Shown: positions 1 through 8,553, counted from the first letter of the stretch. The stretch: 64,000 nt of DNA from Thermoplasmatota archaeon (GCA_049602735.1 JBMYRW010000007.1:4370-68369), one strand, 5' to 3'. Notes: generated from the sequence alone by a model not told the origin. A program made the numbers and translations.

Positions 1-1580
1 GCTGCCTGGGTGGGGACGAAGGCTTCGACTTCAAGCCCGGCGAGGGCTTCAAGGAGACCGGCCGCGAGGTCAAGCTCCGCATGTGGGTCGAGGACCTCAT
101 CGAGATGGAGGTCTACCCTGGCTTCAAGGCCAACCTATGGGCGTTCTGCGCCGAGGCGAAGGACCCCAACGACCAGTACTCCGTGGACGCCATCGAGTAC
201 CGCCACCAGGAAGGGACGCTGATGACGACGGCCGGTGCTGCCCGCGATGCCCTTGGCGACAAGTGCAGCGTGCCCGGCCCGCAGCTGCGCGTCAAGCAGG
301 GCGACCGTGTCATCGTGGAGTTCCAGAACGAGCACTTCCACCCCCACACGATCCACTGGCACGGCCAGTACGTGCCCTGGGAGAGTGACGGCGTGCCCGG
401 CAACACCCAGGACTCCGTCACCCCCGGCACCAGCTTCACCTACGACTTCATCGCTCGCCGCGCCGGCACCCTGTGGTACCACTGCCACGTGGACACCCAG
501 TTCCACGTCATGCAGGGGCTCTTCGGCGTCATTATCGTGGAGCCGCAGGACGAGACCTACGAGCCCAAGGACATCGATCGGGAATACACGTTCGTCTACC
601 ACACGCTCGTGCGTGACCAGGTGGAGGCGATCCCCCTCAAGCCGGGCGAGGTCTTGGATCCTCACGCCAAGCACCGCCACGGTGCCACCTGCGGCGCCAG
701 CGGCATCCAAGGCTGCCAGAACCCACCCGTCGATGTCTCACCCGATACCTGGATGCTCAATGGCGTGAGCCTACCAAATACGCTCGAGGATCCGGATAGC
801 CTCATCAAGATCGATGTGGGCGAACGGGTCCGGGTCCGCTTCCTGAACGCTGGCGAGACGGTGGAGACGATCCACACCCACGGCCACGACATGCTCGTGA
901 CGCACCGCGACGGCAACCCCCTGCCGCCGGCGGCCCGCTTCTACGTCGACACCCTGCTCATCGGCCCCGCCGAGCGCTACGACGTGGTCATCGAAGGCCA
1001 CACGCCGGGCGCCTGGATGATGCACACGCACGTCGATGGCCATGTCACCAACGACCACATGGCCCCCGGCGGCGGCATGAGCATGATCGTCTACCCTGGG
1101 TTCGAAGACAAGCTAATGAGCAAGAAGGGCGAGCTTGCGGGCGGCCTACCGTACCAGGAGCCGCTCAACATCCCGGCCGACCTGTTCGACAGCGCCCTGT
1201 TCCGCTTCCTGGGCCCCGACAGCCCCAGCCCCACTTTGGAGGACTCCTGGACGTTCCCCGTCTCGTTCCCCTGTGCCTCCCGCAGCGCCACGTTCACGGC
1301 CGCACTTGACCCCAACCACCTCTTGGCAGGGCAGGCGCAGCCGGTGACGGTCACCTTGACGGCGCCGGATGGCACCCTGGTCAAGGAGTTCGCGCTCGAC
1401 TCAGGCAACCGCACCGCGTCCTGGAGCGAAGTGGCCGAGAACCTCCAGATGGGCGACTACACGGCCAGCGTCAGCGGCACGCTCGTCGACGGCAACCTGG
1501 AACTCTCTGTCCACGTGGACTACTACGAGACGGAAGACCAGCTCTCGGCGCTTGGTCGCAGTTGCGTCAACCCGGCGTAG
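1..1580 (+). CDS. Multicopper oxidase, 5'-truncated by window edge (probable lipoprotein)
   Basis: Copper-ligand motifs HWHG, HCHV, HTHGHD and MHTHVDGH in track ORF 81..1580. The same frame stays open back to nt 3 and reads CLGGDEG, which resembles the AGC-L/I-acidic lipobox of other secreted proteins in this window. The true start therefore lies upstream of the window. Confidence 0.85.
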   Translation, partial: CLGGDEGFDFKPGEGFKETGREVKLRMWVEDLIEMEVYPGFKANLWAFCAEAKDPNDQYSVDAIEYRHQEGTLMTTAGAARDALGDKCSVPGPQLRVKQGDRVIVEFQNEHFHPHTIHWHGQYVPWESDGVPGNTQDSVTPGTSFTYDFIARRAGTLWYHCHVDTQFHVMQGLFGVIIVEPQDETYEPKDIDREYTFVYHTLVRDQVEAIPLKPGEVLDPHAKHRHGATCGASGIQGCQNPPVDVSPDTWMLNGVSLPNTLEDPDSLIKIDVGERVRVRFLNAGETVETIHTHGHDMLVTHRDGNPLPPAARFYVDTLLIGPAERYDVVIEGHTPGAWMMHTHVDGHVTNDHMAPGGGMSMIVYPGFEDKLMSKKGELAGGLPYQEPLNIPADLFDSALFRFLGPDSPSPTLEDSWTFPVSFPCASRSATFTAALDPNHLLAGQAQPVTVTLTAPDGTLVKEFALDSGNRTASWSEVAENLQMGDYTASVSGTLVDGNLELSVHVDYYETEDQLSALGRSCVNPA

Positions 1581-1634
1581 GTCCGCAGCGGCCCGCGGCG
1601 CACACCCTGCGCCGGCCCTGGGGCCCCCTCAGCG

Positions 1635-1672
1635 CCTTCTCTCCCCCCTCTTCGCCCGCCCTTCTCCTCCTT
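1635..1672 (+). terminator. CT-rich tract downstream of the multicopper oxidase stop (putative archaeal terminator)
   Basis: ccttctctcccccctcttcgcccgcccttctcctcctt begins about 55 nt after the stop codon. The same kind of pyrimidine tract recurs after many terminal genes in this window. Confidence 0.35.
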
Positions 1673-1733
1673 GGGGTGACCAAAACCCTCAAAAGTCGGT
1701 CCGAGTGGCCACCGCCGTCAGGGAGCGCCCGCT

Positions 1734-2321
1734 ATGTATCGCGTCGTACAGATGGAGGACACGGTCCGGATTCCCCCGGAGATGATGGTGGAGGACCTGC
1801 AGTTCAGCCTGGAGATCCTGGTGCAGCAGGCCTTCGAGGGCCGCCTCACCAAGAACCACGGCGTGACGGTGCTCACGACCAACGTGCAGCCCGAGGGTGA
1901 CGGCAAGATCATCCACGGCGACGGCGCCATCTTCCAGAAGGTCGTCTTCGACGCCCTCACCTTCAAGCCGGACAACCAAGAGGTCGTCGACGGCATCGTG
2001 GCGGAGGTCGTCGAGTTCGGCGCCTTCGTGCACATCGGTCCTCTGGACGCCCTGGTCCACATGAGCCAGGTGATGAACGACTTCGTGTCCGCCGACGTGG
2101 GCAACGAGCGCATCACCGGCAAGGAGTCCGGCCGCTTCCTCGACGTGGGCGACAACGTGCGCGCCCGCATCGTGACCGCCAGCCTCAACGAACTGTCGCC
2201 CCGTGAATCGAAGATCGGTCTGACCATGCGCCAGCCCGGCCTCGGGCGCTTCGAGTGGATCGACGAGGACCGCCACAAGCAGCGCGAACAGGCTGCCGCC
2301 GGCGGCGCGGGGGCGGCGTAG
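1734..2321 (+). CDS. rpoE: DNA-directed RNA polymerase subunit E' (Rpo7)
   Basis: N-terminal MYRVVQMEDTVRIPP and an S1-like domain (VVEFGAFVHIGPLDALVHMSQV) typical of archaeal Rpo7. It is followed by spt4 in the conserved operon order. Confidence 0.9.
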   Translation: MYRVVQMEDTVRIPPEMMVEDLQFSLEILVQQAFEGRLTKNHGVTVLTTNVQPEGDGKIIHGDGAIFQKVVFDALTFKPDNQEVVDGIVAEVVEFGAFVHIGPLDALVHMSQVMNDFVSADVGNERITGKESGRFLDVGDNVRARIVTASLNELSPRESKIGLTMRQPGLGRFEWIDEDRHKQREQAAAGGAGAA

Positions 2322-2501
2322 ATGATCCGCGCCTGCAAGCAGGACCACTTCCTGTCCGAAGAGGCGATCTGCCCCCTGTGCGGCGGTCCCACGAGCAAGC
2401 AGTGGAGCGGGTTCCTGGCGGTGCTCGACCCGGCCAAGAGCGACCTGGCGGAGGCGATGAACATCTCCAAATCCGGCAACTACGCTCTGAAGGTCCGGTA
2501 G
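2322..2501 (+). CDS. spt4: Transcription elongation factor Spt4 / RpoE''
   Basis: 59-codon ORF below the track cutoff: MIRACKQDHFLSEEAICPLCGGPTSKQWSGFLAVLDPAKSDLAEAMNISKSGNYALKVR. It has a zinc-ribbon CPLCGG and the Spt4 C-terminal pattern ending in YALKVR. The ATG starts 1 nt after the rpoE stop. Confidence 0.8.
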   Translation: MIRACKQDHFLSEEAICPLCGGPTSKQWSGFLAVLDPAKSDLAEAMNISKSGNYALKVR

Positions 2502-2502
2502 C

Positions 2503-2694
2503 ATGATCGCCGACGTCACGGGACTCCCTAAGCCGGCCAAGGCGCTCCCCGAGGACGCCCAACAGCTCTTCGTGGACACGTACAACAAGGACTTCGGCTG
2601 GCGCCACAGTGAGGCCCACGCTGAGAAGGCCGCCTGGCGCATCGTCCTGCAGCGCTTCGAGGAGCGCGAGGACGGCACCTGGGCCAAGCTCTGA
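2503..2694 (+). CDS. ChaB-like small protein
   Basis: The pattern LPxxxxALPEDAQQLFVDTYNKDFG...AEKAAWRIVLQRFEEREDGTWAKL matches the ChaB family signature (LP..AQ.I....N.AW....A.KVAW..VK......W.K). Confidence 0.6.
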   Translation: MIADVTGLPKPAKALPEDAQQLFVDTYNKDFGWRHSEAHAEKAAWRIVLQRFEEREDGTWAKL

Positions 2695-2696
2695 AC

Positions 2697-3272
2697 ATGG
2701 CCGACTTGCGGCCGCCCGCCGACCGGCCTCACCTGCTGCCGGATGAGCTGCGGCCCCGCTTGGCCACCCCTTGGGCCATTGCGCTGTCCACGGACGAGTT
2801 GGCCGAACACCTGGCCGAGTGCCCAGCGGCGCCCCTGGTGGCCGTGGGCGACGTGGTGAGCCTGACGCTCAAGGAGCTGGGCCTCACCCCGCGGCTCTTC
2901 ATTTGTGACTACAAGACCCAGCGGGGCGAGGACGACGAGCGCTTCCGCCGCGAACTGGGCTCCTGGGGTGACCACGAGATCCGGGTGAGCAACCCGCCCG
3001 CCGTGGTGACCCGCGAGGGTTGGGACGCTGTGGCCGACGCCCTGGCGCGGCCGCCGCCGGCGTGCACCCGCGTCGTCGTCGAGGGGGAAGAGGACCTCCT
3101 GGCGCTCCCTTGTTTCCTCCTGGCTCCCCTGGGCGCCATCGTGCTCTACGGCGCGCCCGGACGCGGCGTGGTCCCGGTCGATGTTGACGCGGCTTTGAAG
3201 GAGCGCGTGACCGGCATCGTCGAGGCGATGGCGGAGGCAGCCGCACAAGGGGCGCCTGGCAAACCCCTATAA
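2697..3272 (+). CDS. DUF359 protein (archaeal GTP-dependent dephospho-CoA kinase family)
   Basis: Motifs VAVGDVVS, DYKTQR and VVEGEEDLLALP, plus the conserved position between spt4 and S24e in archaeal operons. Confidence 0.7.
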   Translation: MADLRPPADRPHLLPDELRPRLATPWAIALSTDELAEHLAECPAAPLVAVGDVVSLTLKELGLTPRLFICDYKTQRGEDDERFRRELGSWGDHEIRVSNPPAVVTREGWDAVADALARPPPACTRVVVEGEEDLLALPCFLLAPLGAIVLYGAPGRGVVPVDVDAALKERVTGIVEAMAEAAAQGAPGKPL

Positions 3273-3367
3273 GAGTCCACTCCTGGCGGCGCCTGCCCAG
3301 CTGACCGTTGGGCACCCTGTGACGCCCGGTCCTCCGCCTCGGCGGAGTGCCCGGCCAAGGAGACACC

Positions 3368-3673
3368 ATGACCGTTGAGATCAAGCAGACGGTGGACAAC
3401 GCCCTCTTCGCCCGCAAGGACGTCGAGTTCGTCATCCACCACGTCGGCAAGAACACGCCCAGCCGCGTCGAGGCGCGCCAGATGCTGTCCACCGAAGTGG
3501 GCACCAAGACCGAGAACGTCGTCATCGACCACATGGAGAGCGCCTACGGCATGCCCGCCACCAAGGGCACCGCCCGCGTCTACCAGTCCGCTGACGCCGC
3601 CCGCGCCACGGAGCGCAAGCACCTCCTGAAGCGCAACAATCTCTTCCAGGAGAAGAAGGAGGCCTCCGAATGA
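3368..3673 (+). CDS. rps24e: 30S ribosomal protein S24e
   Basis: [25 protein letters not shown]...[15 protein letters not shown] lies 7 nt upstream of the ATG at 3368, so the track start at 3347 (GTG) is less likely. Confidence 0.9.
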   Translation: MTVEIKQTVDNALFARKDVEFVIHHVGKNTPSRVEARQMLSTEVGTKTENVVIDHMESAYGMPATKGTARVYQSADAARATERKHLLKRNNLFQEKKEASE

Positions 3674-3813
3674 GCTCCCTGTACAAGGTCGATGGCGACA
3701 CCCTCACCCGCCTGAAGAAGGAGTGCCCCAAGTGCGGCCCTGGTACCTTCATGGGCGACCACAAGGACCGCCACGCCTGCGGTAAGTGCGGCTACATGGA
3801 AGCCAAGGAGTAA
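3670..3813 (+). CDS. rps27ae: 30S ribosomal protein S27ae
   Basis: 47-codon ORF below the track cutoff: [47 protein letters not shown]. It has a C4 zinc ribbon (CPKC...CGKC). The ATG overlaps the S24e stop (ATGA). Confidence 0.85.
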   Translation: MSSLYKVDGDTLTRLKKECPKCGPGTFMGDHKDRHACGKCGYMEAKE

Positions 3814-3822
3814 CCTCCTTGC

Positions 3823-4338
3823 CTAGGCGCTTGGCGCCTGTGCTTCCCTCTTCCCTTCCTTCTCCTCGATCGTTTTTGGACCCCCTTCCGCCAACGCCTT
3901 CTCCAGGAGCCGCAGCTGCTTCTTGAGCTGGTAGCGGACGAGCAGGGGTGCCAGCAGCTGGAGCCACTTGGGCATCGCCTTCCAGGATTCCCGGTTCGTC
4001 TGGACCACGCGTGTGGCGGCGCCGCCCTGCACGGGCTCGAACGCCATGGTCGCCTGGTAGTCCAGCAGCCGGTGCTCGATGCTCCAAGCCAAGCGGCTGG
4101 GGCGATCGTACACGGTCATCGTGCTCTCCAATTCCTTCGAGCGCTTGCCGATCGCCTGCTGGAACGCCCAACGGGCCCCTTCGCCAGGCCCGTCACCTTC
4201 AATCTGGGTCACGTCGCTCACCATGGGGGCCCAGTGCGGGTCGTTGGCCATGTCGGCCACGAAGTCGAACACCTGCTGCGGCGGGAACGGGAGGGTGCGG
4301 CGCACGGTCACGACGGTCATGGTCCGCCAGCCGGCCAT
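3823..4338 (-). CDS. SRPBCC/START-like (polyketide cyclase-type) protein
   Basis: 171 aa. The pattern VRRTLPFPPQQVFDFVADMANDPHWAP...W is typical of the SRPBCC ligand-binding fold. Confidence 0.55.
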   Translation of the reverse strand: MAGWRTMTVVTVRRTLPFPPQQVFDFVADMANDPHWAPMVSDVTQIEGDGPGEGARWAFQQAIGKRSKELESTMTVYDRPSRLAWSIEHRLLDYQATMAFEPVQGGAATRVVQTNRESWKAMPKWLQLLAPLLVRYQLKKQLRLLEKALAEGGPKTIEEKEGKREAQAPSA

Positions 4339-4471
4339 GGCGGCAAGAAGGTGCCGGCTGCTTCCCGCCTGCCAGGTTCAGATCCAACCGGCCAGCACTG
4401 CGGCCATCAGCAGGAGGGACAACAGGAGGCCGAGGCCCCACAGGCTGACGCTCCAGATCCAGGTGGGCAAA

Positions 4472-4545
4472 TGGGACCTGCCGGATTTGAACCGACGACC
4501 AGCGGGTTATGAGCCCGCCGCTCCACCAGGCTAAGCTAAGGTCCC
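4472..4545 (-). tRNA. tRNA-Met (anticodon CAT; Ile2/agmatidine type cannot be excluded)
   Basis: The reverse complement is GGGACCTTAGCTTAGCCTGGTGGAGCGGCGGGCTCATAACCCGCTGGTCGTCGGTTCAAATCCGGCAGGTCCCA. It has a 7-bp acceptor stem GGGACCT/AGGTCCC, anticodon stem GCGGG/CCCGC with loop CTCATAA, and T arm GTCGG-TTCAAAT-CCGGC. There is no encoded CCA. Confidence 0.85.
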
Positions 4546-4669
4546 GCAGGCCGCCGCGACGCCCGCGCCGTTTTTAGGCGGTTGCAGGCGCGCAGTCCTC
4601 TGGGGGACCGATCCACGCGGCGCGTCGGCCAGCGTTCCTGGTCGTTGTGGATGGAACGTTTGAACGTCC

Positions 4670-5269
4670 ATGCGGCCGCCTGGGGACTTCAAGAAGCGGG
4701 TCCGCAACATTATGAAGCGGACACCAATGGGCGCCTGTCCCATGTCGTCCGTGTGCCCCCAGTGTCAGGCGGTCAACGAATACGCCGAAGGCCAGGTGCA
4801 CGCCTGCCCTGAATGCGGCCACCTTGACTGGCGCGCCGGCACCGGCGGCCACGGCGAGCGCGGTCACGAAGGGCACGAACACCACGGCCATGCCCACGGC
4901 GCGCCCGAAGGCACGGTGCAGATGCACACGGACCTGGAACAGGCGCCTTGGGACGACGAGGAGGCCTGGGGCGACGCCGATGACGGCTGGAGCCCCGAAG
5001 AGACGGAACGTGGCGGCACCGACGGCCTCGCCGTCACCTCCATGATCCTGGGCATCCTCGGCTTCCTGAACCCCCTCAACATCCTGGCGATCATCCTCGG
5101 CTTCGTCGCCCTGGGTCGCCTGCGCCGCGACGAGCACAAGCGTGGCCGTGGCATGGCTGCTGCCGGCGTCATCCTGGGCGCTCTCTGGCTCCTGGCCGCC
5201 GCCCTGGCGCTCATCGCCTACGTCTCCTTCGACTGGGACCCGCCCTACTTCGACCCGTACAACGGATAG
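4670..5269 (+). CDS. Zinc-ribbon / His-rich / DUF4190-like membrane protein
   Basis: CPQC...CPEC ribbon, His-rich tract GHGERGHEGHEHHGHAHG, and two C-terminal TM helices with a DUF4190-like pattern (ILGILGF...AIILGFVALGRL...GRGMAAAGVILG). The start is uncertain (ATGs at 4670, 4712, 4727 and 4742). Confidence 0.6.
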   Translation: MRPPGDFKKRVRNIMKRTPMGACPMSSVCPQCQAVNEYAEGQVHACPECGHLDWRAGTGGHGERGHEGHEHHGHAHGAPEGTVQMHTDLEQAPWDDEEAWGDADDGWSPEETERGGTDGLAVTSMILGILGFLNPLNILAIILGFVALGRLRRDEHKRGRGMAAAGVILGALWLLAAALALIAYVSFDWDPPYFDPYNG

Positions 5270-5272
5270 TCC

Positions 5273-6190
5273 ATGCGCGTCGTCTTCGTCGGTCGCGACC
5301 GCAAGGTGCCGAAGCGCCTTGTCTTCTACCTACTCACGTTCGGTATCAGCCGCCGCATCTGGCTGCACCGCATCAACAAGGAAGTGGACGGCCACGAGTA
5401 CCTCAGCCTCAACACGCGGCTGATCGCCCTGTTGCTCGCGTTGCCGATCATCGGCCCCACCATCGTCACCAGGCAGTCGGCCAGGCGCGTCGGCGAGATG
5501 CTGGACGGCAGCCCCATCAAGTACGGCCCGCCGCTCCTGCTATGGCTGGCCACCTGGATCCCCCTCCTGGGCAATCTCTTCTTCATCGCATGGACGCAGA
5601 GCCGCCTCAACCGGTTCTGGGTCCACCAGCGCCAACACCCGGAGCACGGCGTCGAAGTGGACCTCAACTTCAACGAGGACCGCAAGTTCCTCATCGAGTT
5701 GGAGAACGCCCGCCGCCAGAGCTACTACGCCGGCAGCCAGTACGACCGTCGCCGGGAGCGCCGCCGGGAGATCTGGGCGGAGCGCCGGGAACGCTGGGAC
5801 GACGTACAGTCGGACCGCGTCGCCGTGCGCGAGGCGGGCGGCAGCACGCCGGTCCTGCCATGGAAGCGGCCGGAGCGTCCGGCCAAGCAGCGCCTGAAGG
5901 TGACCTGCGGCACCTGCGAGACGGCGTTCTCCTTGGTGCGGGACCCCTTGGCGGAGACCTCCATCGTCTGCCCCAAGTGTGCTACGACCGAGGTCCTTCC
6001 CTCCCTGCGCGGCGACACGCTGCGCAAGCCGGAGAAGGTCAACGTGCCCCGCGTCGCCGTCGACTGCCCCCGCTGCCAGCACCACTTCACCACGGGCCGC
6101 AAGCTGCGCGAGGCGACGCCGATCACGTGCCCCAACTGTGGCCTGGAGGACTCGATCCCGCCCTCCGCCGCCGCTGCGCCGCCAGCTTAG
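5273..6190 (+). CDS. DUF4234-like membrane protein with Arg/Glu-rich linker and two C-terminal zinc ribbons
   Basis: N-terminal LLTFGISRRIWLHRINKEV (DUF4234-like) with TM helices, then RRRERRREIWAERRERW, then CGTC...CPKC and CPRC...CPNC. Confidence 0.6.
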   Translation: MRVVFVGRDRKVPKRLVFYLLTFGISRRIWLHRINKEVDGHEYLSLNTRLIALLLALPIIGPTIVTRQSARRVGEMLDGSPIKYGPPLLLWLATWIPLLGNLFFIAWTQSRLNRFWVHQRQHPEHGVEVDLNFNEDRKFLIELENARRQSYYAGSQYDRRRERRREIWAERRERWDDVQSDRVAVREAGGSTPVLPWKRPERPAKQRLKVTCGTCETAFSLVRDPLAETSIVCPKCATTEVLPSLRGDTLRKPEKVNVPRVAVDCPRCQHHFTTGRKLREATPITCPNCGLEDSIPPSAAAAPPA

Positions 6191-7026
6191 GACGCGAACA
6201 GGGTGCGGCCGCGCCAGATGGACATGGTCGCGACCACCATGAGCGTCGCTGCGGCCACCAGGAAGAGTGTTGCGGCCATGGGGAGCGCGCCGAGGGTCGC
6301 CAGTGCCATCAGCACGGCCGGGATGGAGCCCATGAACGCGCCGGAGACGGCGAGGCGGCGTCCCTTGAGGCGCAGCGCGGCAATACCACCGCCCACCACG
6401 AAGAGGGTCATGGCGAGCAGGACCACCATGTAGATGCGGAGGCCGGTGACCAGCGCACCGTCGGAGATCCAAGCGTCATCGGGCGTGGCGGTCGCATCCA
6501 GGGTGACCGGCAGTGTCTGGCCGCCGAGGGCGAACGCCCGCTGCCAGGTGTCCAGGGCGGTCACGTTGACGCCCGCCTGGGGGGCCGTCGTGTTCCACCA
6601 GCCGCCTGCACCCGTGGTGCCGTTGGCCAGTGCCGAGCCCTCCATGTCCAGAAGGGTCACGTTGACGCCGACGGCGGGGTCGCCGGCTGGGCCCAGCACC
6701 TGGATCTCCAGGTCTCCGCCGGCTTGCGTGGCAAGCGCGTCGAGGCTGGCATCCAGCTGGGTCTCCACGAGGAAGAGGCTGGCGATGAGCATGGCAGCCG
6801 TGGCGGCCCCCATGGCGACCAGGATGATGCCGCCGCGCTGGACCCGCCGACGGGCCACGCTGCGCTGGATGTCCATCATGGTCGGGGCCGCCCCCACACC
6901 GCCGGCGGTCGTCGGCTTGGCGCCGGCGGGTCGGGCACCGGTGCCGCCACAACGGGGGCAGAACGTGAACTCGGCGGAGTCGTATCGCTCGCCACACTCG
7001 GCACAGTCCACCCGGTCTTCGCTCAC
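6187..7026 (-). CDS. Zinc-ribbon membrane protein
   Basis: N-terminal CAEC...CPRC ribbon, one TM helix, an extracytoplasmic Thr/Gly/Asn-rich segment with NxT sequons, and three C-terminal TM helices. Confidence 0.55.
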   Translation of the reverse strand: MSEDRVDCAECGERYDSAEFTFCPRCGGTGARPAGAKPTTAGGVGAAPTMMDIQRSVARRRVQRGGIILVAMGAATAAMLIASLFLVETQLDASLDALATQAGGDLEIQVLGPAGDPAVGVNVTLLDMEGSALANGTTGAGGWWNTTAPQAGVNVTALDTWQRAFALGGQTLPVTLDATATPDDAWISDGALVTGLRIYMVVLLAMTLFVVGGGIAALRLKGRRLAVSGAFMGSIPAVLMALATLGALPMAATLFLVAAATLMVVATMSIWRGRTLFAS

Positions 7027-7100
7027 GCGCCGCCGACCTGGGGGGCCGGCATAGCGCTTGCGCCGCCCGGCCGCCCGCCACCCAGGCCCCCGTCACGCTC

Positions 7101-8090
7101 ATGAGGGCCGCCCGGCTCGCGCGGCCCGTGCCTGGAGTGACCGCTGCCCTACTAGGGAACCTGGACGTGCGCCGCGAGTTCGGCAAGGTGGGGACGCAGA
7201 GCGACATCCACCTGCACGACTTCAAGACCGGCGACCTCGACGTGACCGTCATCGTGCCGGACCGCTACCCGGACAAGCTCCAGTCGCTCAGTTACGCGCT
7301 GACCGGCAGCGACGCAGCGATCCTCGTCGTGCCGGAACTGAACGCCCGGGTGGGCGAGCAGATCCTGGCCGCCGACGCCGCTGGCATCGCCCACGGTGCC
7401 ATCGTCCTCCAGAATTACCTGCAACCGGAGCAGATCCAACCGCTCCTGGCCGGCACGAGCCTGGAAGGCTGGAAGCTCTTCACGGAGGAGGACTGGCCCG
7501 CCGTCCGCGAACACATGGCGACCATCCCGTCGACGCCGAAGGAAGGTGCCGCCATGGTGCCGGTGGACCACCACTTCAACGTCAAGGGCGTCGGTGCCGT
7601 GGTGCTCGGCGTCGTGAAGCAGGGCGAGGTGAAGAAGAACGACAGCCTCGTCGCCCACCCCGCCGGCGTGCTGTGCCCGGTGCGCTCCATCCAGGTGCAT
7701 GACGTGGACGTGCCGACGGCCGTCACTGGCGACCGCGTCGGCCTGGCGCTTCGCAACACGGATGCCGACAAGCTCGACCGGGGCATGGTCCTGGCCCTCG
7801 CGGATGCGCCGTTGGAAAGCCTCGCCGTGGGCGCCCAAGTGACCTTCAAGCTGCGCCGCAGCCCCTTCAGCAAGCAACCCCTGGCCGCCGGCAGCGTCGT
7901 CCACCTCGGCCTCGGCATGCAGCTCGTGCCCTTGCGTCTGGAAGCGGACGCGCCCGGCGCTGGCCAGGAGGGCACCGTGACGGGCACCTTGGAGAAGGGC
8001 CTCGTCCACGCGCCTGGCGACCAAGGCATTCTGTGGCACATGGACAGTGCTCCGCAACGGGTCGTTGGACGCGTAGCTTTCAACGAGTAG
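7101..8090 (+). CDS. EF-Tu/SelB-like protein with degenerate G domain
   Basis: Clear EF-Tu domain-2 beta-barrel (PVDHHFNVKGVGAVVLGVVKQGEVKKND...VRSIQVHDVDVPTAVTGDRVGLALRN). The N-terminal region lacks a GxxxxGK[ST] P-loop and an NKxD motif. Confidence 0.6.
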   Translation: MRAARLARPVPGVTAALLGNLDVRREFGKVGTQSDIHLHDFKTGDLDVTVIVPDRYPDKLQSLSYALTGSDAAILVVPELNARVGEQILAADAAGIAHGAIVLQNYLQPEQIQPLLAGTSLEGWKLFTEEDWPAVREHMATIPSTPKEGAAMVPVDHHFNVKGVGAVVLGVVKQGEVKKNDSLVAHPAGVLCPVRSIQVHDVDVPTAVTGDRVGLALRNTDADKLDRGMVLALADAPLESLAVGAQVTFKLRRSPFSKQPLAAGSVVHLGLGMQLVPLRLEADAPGAGQEGTVTGTLEKGLVHAPGDQGILWHMDSAPQRVVGRVAFNE

Positions 8091-8113
8091 TTGTGGAGCG
8101 GATGCCAGCACAC

Positions 8114-8160
8114 AGTGCCGGCGGAGGCGCCGCAGCGCGTGGTCGGGCGCGCAGCGTTCG
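8114..8160. repeat. 47-nt direct repeat, copy 1
   Basis: agtgccggcggaggcgccgcagcgcgtggtcgggcgcgcagcgttcg. The core cagcgcgtggtcgg-N-cgcgc is shared with copy 2, which lies 78 nt downstream. Confidence 0.7.
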
Positions 8161-8191
8161 AGTAGCGCTATGGCGTTGATGCCGGGCACGA

Positions 8192-8238
8192 AGTGCCGGC
8201 TGATGCACCACAGCGCGTGGTCGGACGCGCGTCGTTCG
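8192..8238. repeat. 47-nt direct repeat, copy 2
   Basis: agtgccggctgatgcaccacagcgcgtggtcggacgcgcgtcgttcg. It aligns with copy 1 without gaps and most positions are identical. Confidence 0.7.
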
Positions 8239-8499
8239 CCTGAGAAGAAACGCCGCACCGGGCCGAAGGTGTAGCCAACCAGCCAGGTGTAGGAAGGCCC
8301 AGTGCGGCGGAGGAGAGGGTGCCCCCGCGGGTGGCGAGCAGGGGCGTCATCCAGAGGATGAGGACGCGCGATGCGTTCGGCTTCTGCCACCGTACGCGGC
8401 CCGACAATACCTTGGTCGTCCTCCACTCAGCTTTTGGCTTTGCAAAAAGGAATGCAGACGAAAGAAAAGGCCGAAGCGCCAGCCTAACAGTTAGGAATT

Positions 8500-8553
8500 C
8501 AAACAAAAAGGAGGCTCCGGGGCCATGCGGTCCCATTGAGGCGGCCCCGGAGC
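8500..8553 (-). terminator. GC-rich hairpin followed by a T-run on the minus strand (intrinsic-terminator-like, orphan)
   Basis: Perfect 11-bp inverted repeat gctccggggcc (8514-8524) / ggccccggagc (8543-8553) with an 18-nt loop. On the minus strand the stem is followed by ctcctttttgtttg. No annotated minus-strand gene lies upstream of it. Confidence 0.4.

Noticed and set aside
1689-3248. 519-aa minus-strand ORF, plus many similar long ORFs in the track (for example 13295..16006 -, 8168..9748 -, 22680..24572 +, 46072..48021 +, 5542..7104 +, 10761..11957 -, 59797..61017 +, 61660..62847 +)
   Set aside because: They run antisense to genes with clear family motifs, and their translations are Arg/Gly/Ala/Pro-rich low-complexity sequences with no recognisable motifs. 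Stop codons are rare in all frames of such GC-rich DNA, so these ORFs are expected artefacts.
4339-4470. 30-codon hydrophobic ORF (LPTWIWSVSLWGLGLLLSLLLMAAVLAGWI) on the minus strand immediately after tRNA-Met
   Set aside because: It has only a TTG start abutting the tRNA 3' end, with no SD or promoter space. Hydrophobic-looking translations are easy to obtain from GC-rich DNA.
4472-4545. Calling the CAT-anticodon tRNA an initiator tRNA
   Set aside because: The anticodon stem has three G-C pairs, as initiators do. However, the acceptor stem starts G1-C72 rather than the archaeal initiator A1-U72. The call is therefore left as tRNA-Met(CAT), possibly elongator or Ile2 type.
7152-8426. Minus-strand ORF starting MEDDQGIV... 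whose first ~110 codons lie in the 8.1-8.4 kb gap and contain the 26-codon internal repeat (ERRASDHALW... / ERCAPDHALR...)
   Set aside because: The frame has no stop until it has run ~940 nt antisense through the EF-Tu-like gene, so it cannot be an intact gene. A faint resemblance to the C-terminus of ICMT/PEMT-type methyltransferases did not hold up on residue-by-residue comparison. It is kept only as a possible gene relic under the gap finding.
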